This document shows, in pieces, positions 12,105 to 23,669 of a stretch of DNA of 64,000 nt; the first letter of the stretch is position 1; each line of letters begins with the position of its first letter. The notes beneath the pieces are model-generated. The model did no database searches, had not been told where the DNA came from, and worked only from the letters and a program-made list of their open reading frames with translations. Source of the stretch: Octopus vulgaris (taxonomy: Eukaryota); the NCBI GenBank assembly GCA_951406725.2, contig OX597822.1:78740001-78804000 (forward strand), in the 5' to 3' direction. A program made the translations under genes and the position numbers.

Positions 12105-12378
12105 TGTGAACTTAATCTTGACTGACTGGCATCCTTCTTCATGTTTCCTGAAATTCATATCCACAACTTTATCGGTATATTTACCTTCTCTGGGATGTTA
12201 CTAATTGTTTTGAGAACTTTACATTGTTGGAAAACATATATGAACTTAATCTTGGTTTGCTTGGCATCCTACTTCAAGTTCCTGAAACTCATATCTACAA
12301 CTTTATCGGTGTATTTACACTCTCTAGGATGTTACTAATTGATTTGAGAACTTTACATTATTGGAAAACCTATATGAA
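12105..12378. repeat. Diverged tandem duplication, 2 x ~134 bp
   Basis: tgaacttaatcttg...ttggaaaac.tata occurs at 12107 and 12241. Confidence 0.85.
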
Positions 12379-12622
12379 ATTAGCTGAAGATTATTTGACA
12401 TATTATATTTGCTGTAATATTTGCAGCTTTAATAAATTGTTATAGAATGAAACAATTGTACTAAATTACCGGATCCATTCTTGTTGCTTATTTTTGGTTA
12501 TAATCACCCCACATAATTTTATGGGTAATACCATAAAAAATTCTGGTGCATCTAAATTAAGTACCATATTCATTTGAATCTAAATTGTTTTGCTGAACTT
12601 ATATATATATATATATATATAT

Positions 12623-12808
12623 AGTTGAAATTAACAGAAAAGCAAAAGACGAAGACAGGTGTATAAACAACAAGCAGGTGTATTAGTTTAACGCTCGAGA
12701 AGGTGAGAAAGTCTTTTACGTTTTGAGCCTATGCTCTTCAACAGAAAGGAACACGAGGACATAAACAGAGAAAATAAAAAAACTTGTGGATTTAGCGGTC
12801 AAACATGC
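12623..12808 (-). mobile_element. ~190-bp dispersed repeat with hammerhead-like motif (family H2)
   Basis: caaaagacgaagacagg...tattag...acgctc...aagtcttttacgtttcgagcctacgctctt...cagaaagg. Further copies at ~12915-13060, 14855-15003, 36810-36955 (opposite strand), 50040-50220 and 58353-58530. Confidence 0.8.
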
Positions 12809-12869
12809 ACTTTCTCATGCCTTGTTTATATATGTACCATATCTATATGTATATAACTATATATATATG

Positions 12870-12900
<31 letters not shown>

Positions 12901-14813
12901 ATAGAGAGAGAGAGAGTTTACGAAAAAAACAAAAGACGAAGACAAGTGGTGTACAAAACAAACAAGAGTATTAGGAAAACGCTCAGGAATAGAAAAAGTC
13001 TTTTACGTTTCAAGCCTACGCTCTTCTACAGAAAGGGACACAGAAAAAACAAGGAGAGAAAATATATATATATAGTCACTTTTGTGACCTCTATTAATTT
13101 TGCCTTTATGCTTTAATTGCTAATAAGCCCCACTTTTTAATTTATTGTTTACACTTTTACCGTTTTGAAAATCAGCACGTTTTCAACGGTTTTTCTTGTA
13201 AGACTGATAGAGGCAGTCGTGTTTAACTCTAGGCTTTAAGAGTCGCTGATGAAGATTAAGATGGCCTGCATCAAAATCCAAAATTGTGATCCGGCTATGC
13301 ACGCTGGGGACTTACTTCTCTTTATCAGTCATATTAAGTTCAGTGCTCTTGTGGCTTTGAGTTATTTTAACAAAAACTGTGCTAGTCAGTACCATCTGTC
13401 ACTTTTTTGACCTCTATAAAATCGCCTTTATTTAATTGCTAATAAGCTACTCTTTTTTTAATTTGTGAGTGAATATATATATTTATATGTATGGTGTGAG
13501 TGGGTGTGCGTGTGTGTGTGTAAGTAGATATGTATACATGTGTGTATGCACACGCGAGCATCTGTGTATGTATATGCGAGTGAGTGTAGGTGTGCTTATA
13601 TATATGTACATGAGTGCGCATACATATCTGTATATGTGAGCGTGTGTATATATCTGTATGTATATGTGTGTGTAGATTTTATATATGTATATATGTGTGT
13701 GTGTCTGAGTGTTGAATCTTAAAGGCCAGCTAAGGAGAATCATGTGTAACCAACCATGAAGAACAAATCAACAGTACAAAGAAATAAAATACCAATCGCT
13801 TTAAAACAGCAACCACTTTAAGAGTACGAGAATCACCATCCCACTACCTTTACGCATTCAAAGCAGTTTGCCAACTGCCCTTCACCAACAACATACCCTG
13901 ATAGGCTTTGTGAGTACTACTAAATTAAGGCCACGACAGAGAGATAGAATGTTCTTGAAGCCGAGGATTTTAAATTTACAGAGACAATATATACATATCA
14001 CCTGAGGAAACACAACTAGATCTCATAATGCAGGGAAATAGTTTCTTAATCAAGTACCTGCACATCTAGAGAACTACGTTGCGTGCAAACAATTGTAGTG
14101 ATTAAAAAATAAATGTCCACTCTTTGATCTCTTTCGGGATTCCTCTTTGATCTCTTTTGGGACTCCTCTTTGATCTCTTTCGGCACCCTCTTTGATCTCT
14201 TTCGGGACTCCTCTTTGATCTCTTTCAGCACTCCTCTTTGATCTCTTTCAGCACCCTCTTTGATCTCTTTCGGGACTCCTCTTTGATCTCTTTTGGCACC
14301 TTCTTTGATCTTTTTCGGCACCCTCTTTTATCTCTTTCGGGACTCCTCTTTGATCTCTTTCGGCACCCTCTTTGATCTCTTTCGGGATCCTCTTTGATCT
14401 CTTTCATGACTCCTCTTTGATCTCTTTCGGGACTCCTCTTTGATCTCTTTCGGGATCTCTTTGATCTCTTTCGGCACCCTCTTTGATCTCTTTCGGGACT
14501 CCTCTTTGATCTCTTTCGGCACCCTCTTTGATCTCTTTCGGGACTCCTCTTTGATCTCTTTCGGCACCCTCTTTGATCCCTTTCGTCACACTCTTTGATC
14601 TCTTTCGGGACTCCTCTTTGATCTCTTTCGGCACCCTCTTTGATCTCTTTCGGGACTCCTCTTTGATCTCTTTCGGCACAACCATACCCTTCTTGTTGAC
14701 TCCAATTTTTTCAATTATCTATTCACACACGACAGATGCCCAAACGCAAACCTGGAAATACATATAATACTTTCTCATGCCTTGTTTATATATGTACCAT
14801 ATCTATATGTATA

Positions 14814-14854
<41 letters not shown>

Positions 14855-15000
14855 AGAGTTTACGAAAAAAACAAATGACGAAGACAAGTGGTGTACAAAA
14901 CAAACAGGTGTATTAGGATAACGCTCAGGAATAGAAAAAGTCTTTTACGTTTCGAGCCTACGCTCTTCTACAGAAAGGGACACAGAAAATACAAGGAGAG

Positions 15001-15065
<65 letters not shown>

Positions 15066-15107
15066 ACTTTTGTGACCTCTATTAATTTTGCCTTTATGCT
15101 TTAATTG
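12809..15107. repeat. Pair of ~310-340-bp direct repeats (12809-13119, 14769-15107) bracketing a 1.65-kb segment
   Basis: Both repeats read actttctcatgccttg...(TA)n...H2 element...(TA)n gtcacttttgtgacctctattaattttgcctttatgctttaattg. Confidence 0.9.
14119..14679. repeat. Minisatellite of alternating 23/22-bp units (45-bp higher-order unit)
   Basis: CTCTTTGATCTCTTTCGG followed by GACTC or CACC, about 25 units. Confidence 0.97.
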
Positions 15108-15206
15108 GAAAGCACAGTTTAAATGTGAAAGTGGACGAGCGAGCTTTATACTGTATTCTACTATGTTCTTAACAGAATATACTATAATTATATATATACA
15201 TATATA

Positions 15207-15482
15207 AGACGGGCTTCTTACGGTTTACGTCAACCAAATATACTCACAAGTCTTTGGTCGGCCCGAGTCTATAGCAGAAGACACTTGCCCAAGGTGTCAC
15301 GTAAAAAAATTGAACTGAACTGGTGTGTTTACGTCTCCGTCACTTAGCGGTTCGGCAAAAGAGACTGATAGAATAAGTACTAGGCTTACAAAGAATAAGT
15401 CCCGGGGTCGATTTTCTCGACTAAAGGCGGTGCTCCAGCATGGCTGCAGTCAAAATGACTGAAACAAGTAAGTAAAAGAGTA
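15207..15482. mobile_element. SINE family A with inverted 5' half
   Basis: 15207-15320 is the head-proximal part in antisense; 15320-15482 is the tail in sense. Confidence 0.8.
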
Positions 15483-15632
15483 TATATAATATAACCAATT
15501 TAAACGGATTTTGCCCAAATTTGATGTCGATATTACTTAGTTTGGTTTGAAATAAAGAACTTGATTAGCTTAATAATCGTAACTTAATCCCAGGCAAGGC
15601 CGGGTTATACTGCTAGTATATATATATTTGTA

Positions 15633-16180
15633 CGAGGATGACTCAAAAACTAATTCCCTTTTGTTTAGGACAGGTATAATTACTAACACAGGAACATGTG
15701 TAATACATCAAAATGAAGCTGGTCCTCTGATCACATCCCTACTTCTCAACATAGTCACCGTTTCTCTCAATAGCAATGTTCCACCTTCAAATGAGAGCAT
15801 GTATCCCTGCCCTGCAAAATTCTGTTGACTGTTCTTTGAGCCACTTCTTCACTACAGTTTTCACTTCCTTGTCACTGGACTATCTTCTCTTCAACCCCAT
15901 GGAAAAGGGTTTGAGAGGCAAACATTATTCCGGTGAGAAGGAAGTGAAAACTATAGAGAAGAAGTGGCCCAAAGAACAGTCAACAGAATTTTACGGGACA
16001 GGGATACATGCTCTCATTCAAAGGTGGGACATTGCTATTGAGAAAACCGGTGACTATGTTGAGAAGCAGGGATGTGATCCACAGAGGACCAGCTTCATTT
16101 TGATGTATGATACATGTTCCTGTGTTGGTAATTATACCAGTCCTAAACAAAATGACATTACTTTTTGACTCACCTTCATG
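15633..16180. mobile_element. Palindromic mariner-derived MITE made of two inverted 3' ends
   Basis: Arms ~15633-15879 and ~15929-16180 are inverted copies flanked by TA. The right arm translates to a mariner C-terminus (DYLLFNPMEKGLRGKHY...EVKT...[26 protein letters not shown]). Confidence 0.92.
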
Positions 16181-16188
16181 TATATGTA

Positions 16189-16830
<642 letters not shown>

Positions 16831-17519
16831 TTTGAACATGCAGTTGCATATATATATATCTCTAAACATATGTAAATGTATGCATGCAACACACACACAT
16901 GCATGTCTATACATACTAACTTATTAATGCAAATATCTGTGTTGTGTGAATGCATGTGCATACATACACATACAAACACGCACACATACACACATGCATT
17001 ATTCATATAGATACTCAAACATTTACCATTGCCACTCTGAGTTTCACGCTTCTGTTTATCACAGCTAATCAGTTTGAAAAGCAGAAATTTGAAGGAAAAA
17101 AAAAAGGTATACATAATAACAATTCAAAACACAAAGCTAGCTCTGCGTGTGTGTGTTTGTGCATGCATGCACATGTGTGTGTGTGGAAATATGAAAAATA
17201 GAATATAGAAAGAAACACATCTCATCACTGTTGCTGTACTGCATTTGAACATGCAGTTGCATATATGTTTTAATACAAAATGTATATACACATGAAGAAG
17301 ACTGAGTGAAAGAGAAACAAGTATATACATGAATGAGCGTGCAGTATGCACATGTACATACACATGCATATTTAAATGAACACGTGTGCATTTAGATACA
17401 TGTATGTGTATGTATGTGTGTGTATGTTTGCACATGTAATGGTTTTAGTTCAAAACTGGAATGTCAATATTTTTATGTGTTATCAGCAGATGGACAAACA
17501 AATAAATGGACAGATATAC

Positions 17520-17552
<33 letters not shown>

Positions 17553-18160
17553 ATATATATATATGTATATACACATGTTTACAAGTATACCACAAACACT
17601 CTCTCTCTCTCTCTCTTTCTCTCTCACACACACATACACACATTTGAAAGGCACATACTTGCACGATACACACTCATTCATGCATGCAAAACACACACAC
17701 ACGCACACACACATGCTTATGCAATGTGCACAACATATACACATGTGCAACAAAGGCACAATACACATGTGCAACAAATGCACATAAACACAAAGCATGT
17801 GTGACAAATACAGAACACATGGGTGCAACACATGCAGAACACACACATACACACATTTACATCTGCATCAACAGTAGGACAAAGAACAACATGGGTAAAG
17901 GAGAAGGGGGTGGGGAGGGGGGGAGGAGGAGGAGGAAAACAAAAAGGGGGAATGCAAAAAAATATAAAAGACAAACAGACAGACAGACAGCAGCAGTAAG
18001 ACCAGTTTCATAAAAATGTGTCTACTCGTTCATATAATTGCTGCAATTGATTTTCTTGTGAATTTCATCATGATTATCATCATCATCATTATAATCATTA
18101 TTAATATTTTCATTATTATTATTATAATTGAGTCATGTGTTAGCTTTTACTTTTTTGCCC

Positions 18161-18487
18161 CTAGCTCTTGTTTCCTACCTTTGAACTTGGTTTGTTTTTT
18201 GCAGCGTTAGGCGTTCGTTTTTTTGTGTCACTCTTAGAGTTTTTATCACTTTTAATATTATTATTATTTTTATCATCACTCTTAATGGTTTTACTACTAG
18301 TGGTACTAATTTTTTTAGTTTTGGACGGAGGAAGACGTTGAACAGCAGTGTCGGATTTGTCTGAAGCAAGGCATTCATTCTGTAGACCAAACGGTTTAAG
18401 ATGATAAACCATGTATTCGAGCACGTACATCATGTTGGGAGGTACATAGTGAAAACTAATAGCATAGTCACTGCAGCAGTCAGGACC
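18161..18487 (-). CDS. C1GALT1: C1GALT1 third (last) coding exon
   Basis: Polypyrimidine tract plus ctgcag| acceptor at 18489-18488. [34 protein letters not shown] is the conserved T-synthase C-terminal block, followed by a K/S/D-rich tail and TAG at 18163-18161. Spliced CDS is 265+680+327 = 1272 nt (423 aa). Confidence 0.95.
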   Translation of the reverse strand, partial: GPDCCSDYAISFHYVPPNMMYVLEYMVYHLKPFGLQNECLASDKSDTAVQRLPPSKTKKISTTSSKTIKSDDKNNNNIKSDKNSKSDTKKRTPNAAKNKPSSKVGNKS

Positions 18488-19234
18488 CTGCAGGCAGAAA
18501 GAAGAAAGAAACAACATTAAAAAAACAAGACAAAATAAAAGGATATGACATTTCAAAAAAAAAAAAAAAACTGTTTTTTTTAATTAAAAAAATTTTACTT
18601 TTTATTTAAAAGAATTTTTTTTTAAATATTCCCAGGTAAACTAGGGATAGTTAAACAGACCATCGATTGGCTAAGGTGGTTGATATATTACTTCTTACCC
18701 ACAGATGGTGGTGGTGATGGGAAAAGATAAGGGAGGAGGAGGTGGTAGACATGGCAGAGGGAGGAGGATGAGGAAAGAAAGGAGAAAGAATAATAAAGTC
18801 AGGTAAAAAAAAAATATACATGGCAGGCTTCCATACAGTTTCCTGGAAATGAATAGCCTCGATTGTATAACGATCATGCTCATTTACAACCACCACATCA
18901 TGTCTAGACAATGGTATGTATCCACATTCTTTTATTTGTTTCAGTCATTTGACAGTGGCCATGCTGGAGCACCGCCTTTAGTCAAACAAACTGAACCCAG
19001 GACTTTTTGTAATTACAGGTACAGCTCATTTTTGCCAGTTGAGTGGACTGAAGCAAAGTGAAATAAAGTGTCTTGCTCAAGTACACAACAGGATGCCAGG
19101 AATGGAACTCACAACCTTATGAGTGTGAACAAAATATCCTAACCACTAAACCATGTACCTTCTCTCACACACACACGCACAGATAGAATGTAAAGGAATA
19201 GGGATTTTGAACCCAGGTAGGTATCTTATTAATT

Positions 19235-19710
19235 CATCATCACCACCATCATCATTTAATGTTTGTTGTCCATGTTCGCATGGGTTGGCAGTTTGACCAG
19301 GCTGGCACACTGGGAGGCTACACCACACTCCAGTCTGATTTGGCATGGTTTTCTACAGCTGGATGCCATTCCTAATGCCAACCACTCCGAGAGTGTAATG
19401 GGTGCTTTTACATGCCACCGGCACAGGTGCTTTTATGTGCCACCAAACACGGGTGCCAATTTGTGCAACACCGATATCTGTCACGACTGCAATTTTGCTC
19501 AGTTTGATGGGCCTTCTTATCAAGCATGACATAATGTCAAAGGTCTCAGCCATTGCCTCCATGAGGCACAACACTCGAAAGAAACTCAACCACTTTGCCT
19601 CCATGAGGCCCAGTGCTCCAAAGGAACTCAGCCAAATACTCGAAAGGAACTCGGCCACTTTGCCTCTGTCAAGCCCAACATTCAAAAGGGATTCGGCCAC
19701 TTTGCCTCCA
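19235..19710 (-). mobile_element. RTE-type LINE/SINE 3' tail
   Basis: Reverse complement of the 3'UTR of the RTE at 35680-36682 (GGCATCCAGCTGTAGAAA...CCAACCCATGC...(GAT)n), plus local ~40-bp repeats. Confidence 0.75.
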
Positions 19711-19811
19711 ATATATAAATAAAAAAAACAGCTTTCATGTATGAACCCTAAATTATGCGTGTGCCAAACAAACTGGAATTAAATGTTTTCTTGTTTTCTT
19801 TTATAATCCTT

Positions 19812-20025
19812 TCTACTATAGGCATAAAGCCTGAAATTTGCAAGGAGGGGACTAGTAAACTACATTGATCCCAGTACTCAACTAGTATGTATTTCATTGA
19901 CCACCCCCCCCCCCAAAGGGTGAAAGCCAAAGTCAATCTTGGTAGAAATTGAACTCAAAACAGACATATAAAATGTCACTAAGTATTTTTTCCAGTCAGA
20001 AACAATTCTGCCAGCTCATTGCCTT
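19812..20025 (-). mobile_element. tRNA-derived SINE family B (degenerate)
   Basis: Matches 51241-51461. Confidence 0.7.
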
Positions 20026-20679
20026 GTTTTACTATACAATAACAACTAACACTGCTACAATAACTGACTATGGTCAATATAGTGAGAATTTGAAATTTGT
20101 TTATTAACTATTAAGTAAATTCAGTTACTTGCATAGAAATTTCAATCAGGTGACATTATGCAAATAGATAAAAACTACAGTATATCATAAACCAAAGCAA
20201 AACAGAGCAAAAGATAAATATAACATATGGGAGATTTACACAATTATCATAAAACATTTTTCTATAATGTAATCGATTCACTACAAACAGATAATATCAA
20301 ATAAAGTCACATGCCAGGCAAATATAACAGTAAGGCTATTGCTGGAGCATTGATTGAGGAGGACAAGTTGATGGATTTGTGTGTAATTTTAAAAGAAATA
20401 CAAAACTAAGAAAAAGCCTGTGTTTTTGAGTAGTTTACATGGTGTTTATGGCAAATAAATATCAAGTGTCAACAAACTGATTTTTACACCATGTTATGGT
20501 TGTGTGACTACAAAGTTCACCTAGTAATTATGTGGTTCTGGGTTCAGGCCCACTGCACAGCATCTTGGGCAAGTTTCTTCTGCTATAGCTTGGACCAAAC
20601 AATGCCTTGCAAGTGAATTTGGTAGACAGAAACTGTGTGGAAGCATGCTGTGTATATGTATATATATACATATATATCC

Positions 20680-21110
20680 TGATTGGCACTCATGCCAGTG
20701 GAGCGTTGAAAGCACATCCGAGCGTGATCATTGCCAGGGCCATGGATTGGCTCCCATACCAGTGACATATGAAAAGTACCATTCGAGCGTGATCATTGCC
20801 AGCGTCGCCTTACCAGCACATGTGCAAGTGGCACGTGAAAAACAACATTCAAGCGTGGTCCTTGCCAGTGCCACCAAGACTGGCTCCTGTGCAGGTAGCA
20901 CATAAAAACACCTTTTGAGCGTGGTCATTGCCAGAACCACCTGACTGGCCCTCGTGCCAGTGGCATGTAAAAGCACCCAGTACACTCTTGGAGTGGTTGA
21001 CATGAGGAAGGGCATCCAGCTGTAGAAACTCACCAGTCCTCAGTCAAATTGTCCAACCCATGCCAGCATGGAAAGCGGACATTACACGATGATGATGATG
21101 ATGATGATGA

Positions 21111-21112
<2 letters not shown>
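20680..21112 (+). mobile_element. RTE-type 3'UTR with internal ~60-bp repeats and (GAT)n tail, inserted in a SINE A
   Basis: Repeated tgccagtggcac..aaaagcacc..gagcgtgatcattgccag units, then ccaacccatgccagcatggaaagcggac...(gat)n. Confidence 0.8.
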
Positions 21113-21153
<41 letters not shown>

Positions 21154-21156
21154 TAT

Positions 21157-21452
21157 GAGGGCTCCAAAAGGGGTCTCAGGGAGTAGCATCCCTATCTTCC
21201 TGTGCTAGTTTTCCACCACATTTCTTAAAAATTGTGGTAGAAGCCTTGGTCTCAGGACCGCTCATGTCTACAAACTAGAAAATCCAGCTCCAAAAAAGCC
21301 TCATGATAGCAAAGGAGAATGGGCACCAGCCAGCCCAAAGGTTGGGATTGGCTGCACCTGCCTACCTCAGTTGCTATGGCACTGAAGTGGATCTGGCCAC
21401 CCCTGTTAACGGGAACAAAACCTGGATTTAAAACACTGGATGATGATGATGA
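21157..21452 (+). mobile_element. Retroposon 3' end with (GAT)n tail (family C)
   Basis: Inverted copy at 26143-26473. Confidence 0.85.
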
Positions 21453-22230
21453 TATATATATATATATATATATATATGACTCTTTGAGTCTGTGTTTGTC
21501 CATCACACTACTTGACAACTGGTGTAGGTTTCTTTACATCCCTGTAAATCAGCGATTTGACAAAATAGACTGATAAATCAAGTGCCAGTCTTTAAAATAA
21601 GTACTGAGATTGATTTGTTCAATTATACCCTTTAAAGTGATGCCCCAGCATGGCCACAGTCCAATGCCTGAAACAAGTAAAAGAGTTAAAAGTTATGTAG
21701 TTGTTTGACCTGTGAAAAATAACAGCCCAATTTCCCTCAGATCACACATCATTAAAAATAAAAGGGGAACAGAAAAGAAGGGAGGGTAAATTGTATAATG
21801 CAGTCAGCTCATCAAATCATCAGAACCCTATTGTTACATCAACGGCATTCTTTATTTGCATTAATTTGTGAATATACAATTGTAGAATTCCAAGCACACA
21901 CATTAATGCAAACATGTACACATAATTTCTAAGAAGGTTGTGAAACAGCTGTAATCCTATGGAAATCATGTAGTTAAATATATCTATATTCATGTCTAAC
22001 TACAGCCGGACTTACATGATGATGGATCAACTGTCCAACCAGTTCCAGGATAGAAACCAGTCATAAAATGTTAATGAGGATGAAGAAATTCCAAGAATGT
22101 ATTGTATTCATTATTCAGTTAATGTTTGTTATTTTTTATGCATTTAAAAACTTGATTTTAACACCATTTTTTTTAATATACAAAAACACACACAGTTATG
22201 AAAAAATTTAATAAAAATAATGGTTCTTAC

Positions 22231-22910
22231 CTGCCTTACAGGGTAGAAATTGAAACTCATGTACCACATCCCCCTTGGAAGAATATCTGGTATGAGATGA
22301 TGTTCTGGTACAAAAGGGTGGAACCGTTCTCGTCCCATGATATCCCGTGAGTCCCCGGCTTTGACACCAACCCTCTCAAGGCAGGCTCCCATCTCCACGT
22401 CCTCAGCCCCACCATTATCAGAACGGCAGATACTCTTGTTGTTGAGTCCATTCTCAATGAACCTTCGCACAGCCTCTTTACTCAGCACATAGCCAGCACC
22501 ACCACTCATGTAGCCTTGCTTCACATAAGGCTTAAACCTGCGTCCAAAGAATATCGGTGAGTTGTGGTCATGCTCACTGAGCAGATGCCGCAGGTTTTCA
22601 ATGATAGCATAGGTGTCATCGTCTGCCTTGAAGAACCAATCGTAGTTGTTTATGTGATGTTTGTAGACATACTTGAAAGCTTCCTTAGTTTTTGCCCATA
22701 GGTTGTCTCTGCCTTCTGAAACTGGCAGTTTCACAATCGGCAAGTTGACAGGTTCATCGGCAGAACTCATGAACAGCAATATGTTGCAACGCCGGCCCCA
22801 TGTTGCATTCACATGTATTGCCTTCTTTCTGATGTTATTAGGGTTGGTCATCACCCAGCATAGAATTCGAACCTGTGACTCTAGGACTTTGGCAACTGAA
22901 TTGGTTTCAC
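22231..22910 (-). CDS. C1GALT1: C1GALT1 second coding exon, catalytic GT31/Fringe-like domain
   Basis: Acceptor tttattttag|GT at 22912-22911. Translation (G)ETNSVAKVLESQVRILCWVMTNP...TWGRRCN...EGRDNLWAKT...DWFFKADDDTY (DxD motif)...YMSGGAGYVLSKEA...AEDVEMGACL...GDSRD...RFHPF...FYPVRQ. Donor CAG|GTAAGA at 22230, phase 0. 680 nt. Confidence 0.97.
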
Positions 22911-23669
22911 CTAAAATAAAATGAAAAATAAAAGTAAAACAAAATAAATAAATATTGAAAAAACAGTAATAATAATAATAATAACAATAGTAATAATAAA
23001 AGTTTGCACAAGGCCAGCAATTTTAGCAAAGGCATGTGGCCCAGTGGTTAGGCTTTTGCACTCAATCACAAGATCAGTTTTAATTCCAGGACTAGGCTGC
23101 ACATTGTGTTTTTGGTCAAAACACTTTAGTTCATGCTAGTCCTGGCATCTAGTTTGGGGAGAATATTGTGACCTCAGTCACTTATAGGCCATGGAAACTG
23201 AGTAACTGACCCCATGAGTTCTAGGACTCGAGAGATTAATATCCAGGAGTTGATGATGATGAATTTTAGCTGTTACCATCAACCCTAGTATCTGACTAGT
23301 ACTCAAAGCAAAGTTGATCTCAGAAGAATTCAAATTCTGAATGTAAACAGCTGCAAGACATACCACAAGGCTTTTTATTTTTGATACCCAAAAGATTCTG
23401 CCAGTTTGTCACCTTAAAAAATAATAATCTTAATTTCTAACATTAGCACAAAGCTTTACATGTGAGAGTAGGGAACATTCACTTTAAACAAACACAATTG
23501 CTGACAGGACTTTGGATGACATAATCCAAGATACATGACAACTGAAAAGCAGAAGGGGTTTGGATGGTTATGACTCAAATACTTAGTGATTTATAAGACT
23601 ACTTAATCCCAAGATAACCTGGACTGAAATGATAACAACAATACTAGACTTTGTTTTAGTATTTGGTCA

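Larger units (their letters stand above)
10839..15616 (+). mobile_element. Large non-autonomous Helitron with internal satellites and nested repeats
   Basis: The 5' end A|TCTCTATATATATAAAACTGAGAATGTGTGTCTGTCTG and the 3' end CCCAGGCAAGGCCGGG-TTATACTGCTAG|T both resemble the termini of the 3536-3833 Helitron. That the two ends belong to one insertion is inferred. Confidence 0.6.

Noticed and set aside
11312-12164. K/F/N-rich ORFs of 70-126 aa
   Set aside because: Read-through of an A/T-tract minisatellite, with no domain features or splice context.
13730-14110. Possible Penelope GIY-YIG/RT remnant between the direct repeats
   Set aside because: Only vague similarity in short stop-interrupted frames; it cannot be supported without a profile search.
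14119-14679. CRISPR-like regular array
   Set aside because: There are no unique spacers (only 4-5-bp alternating linkers), no cas genes, and the context is eukaryotic.
22144-22854. Stand-alone 236-aa galactosyltransferase ORF
   Set aside because: It is an internal exon. Homology starts upstream of the listed start and ends at the GT donor at 22230.
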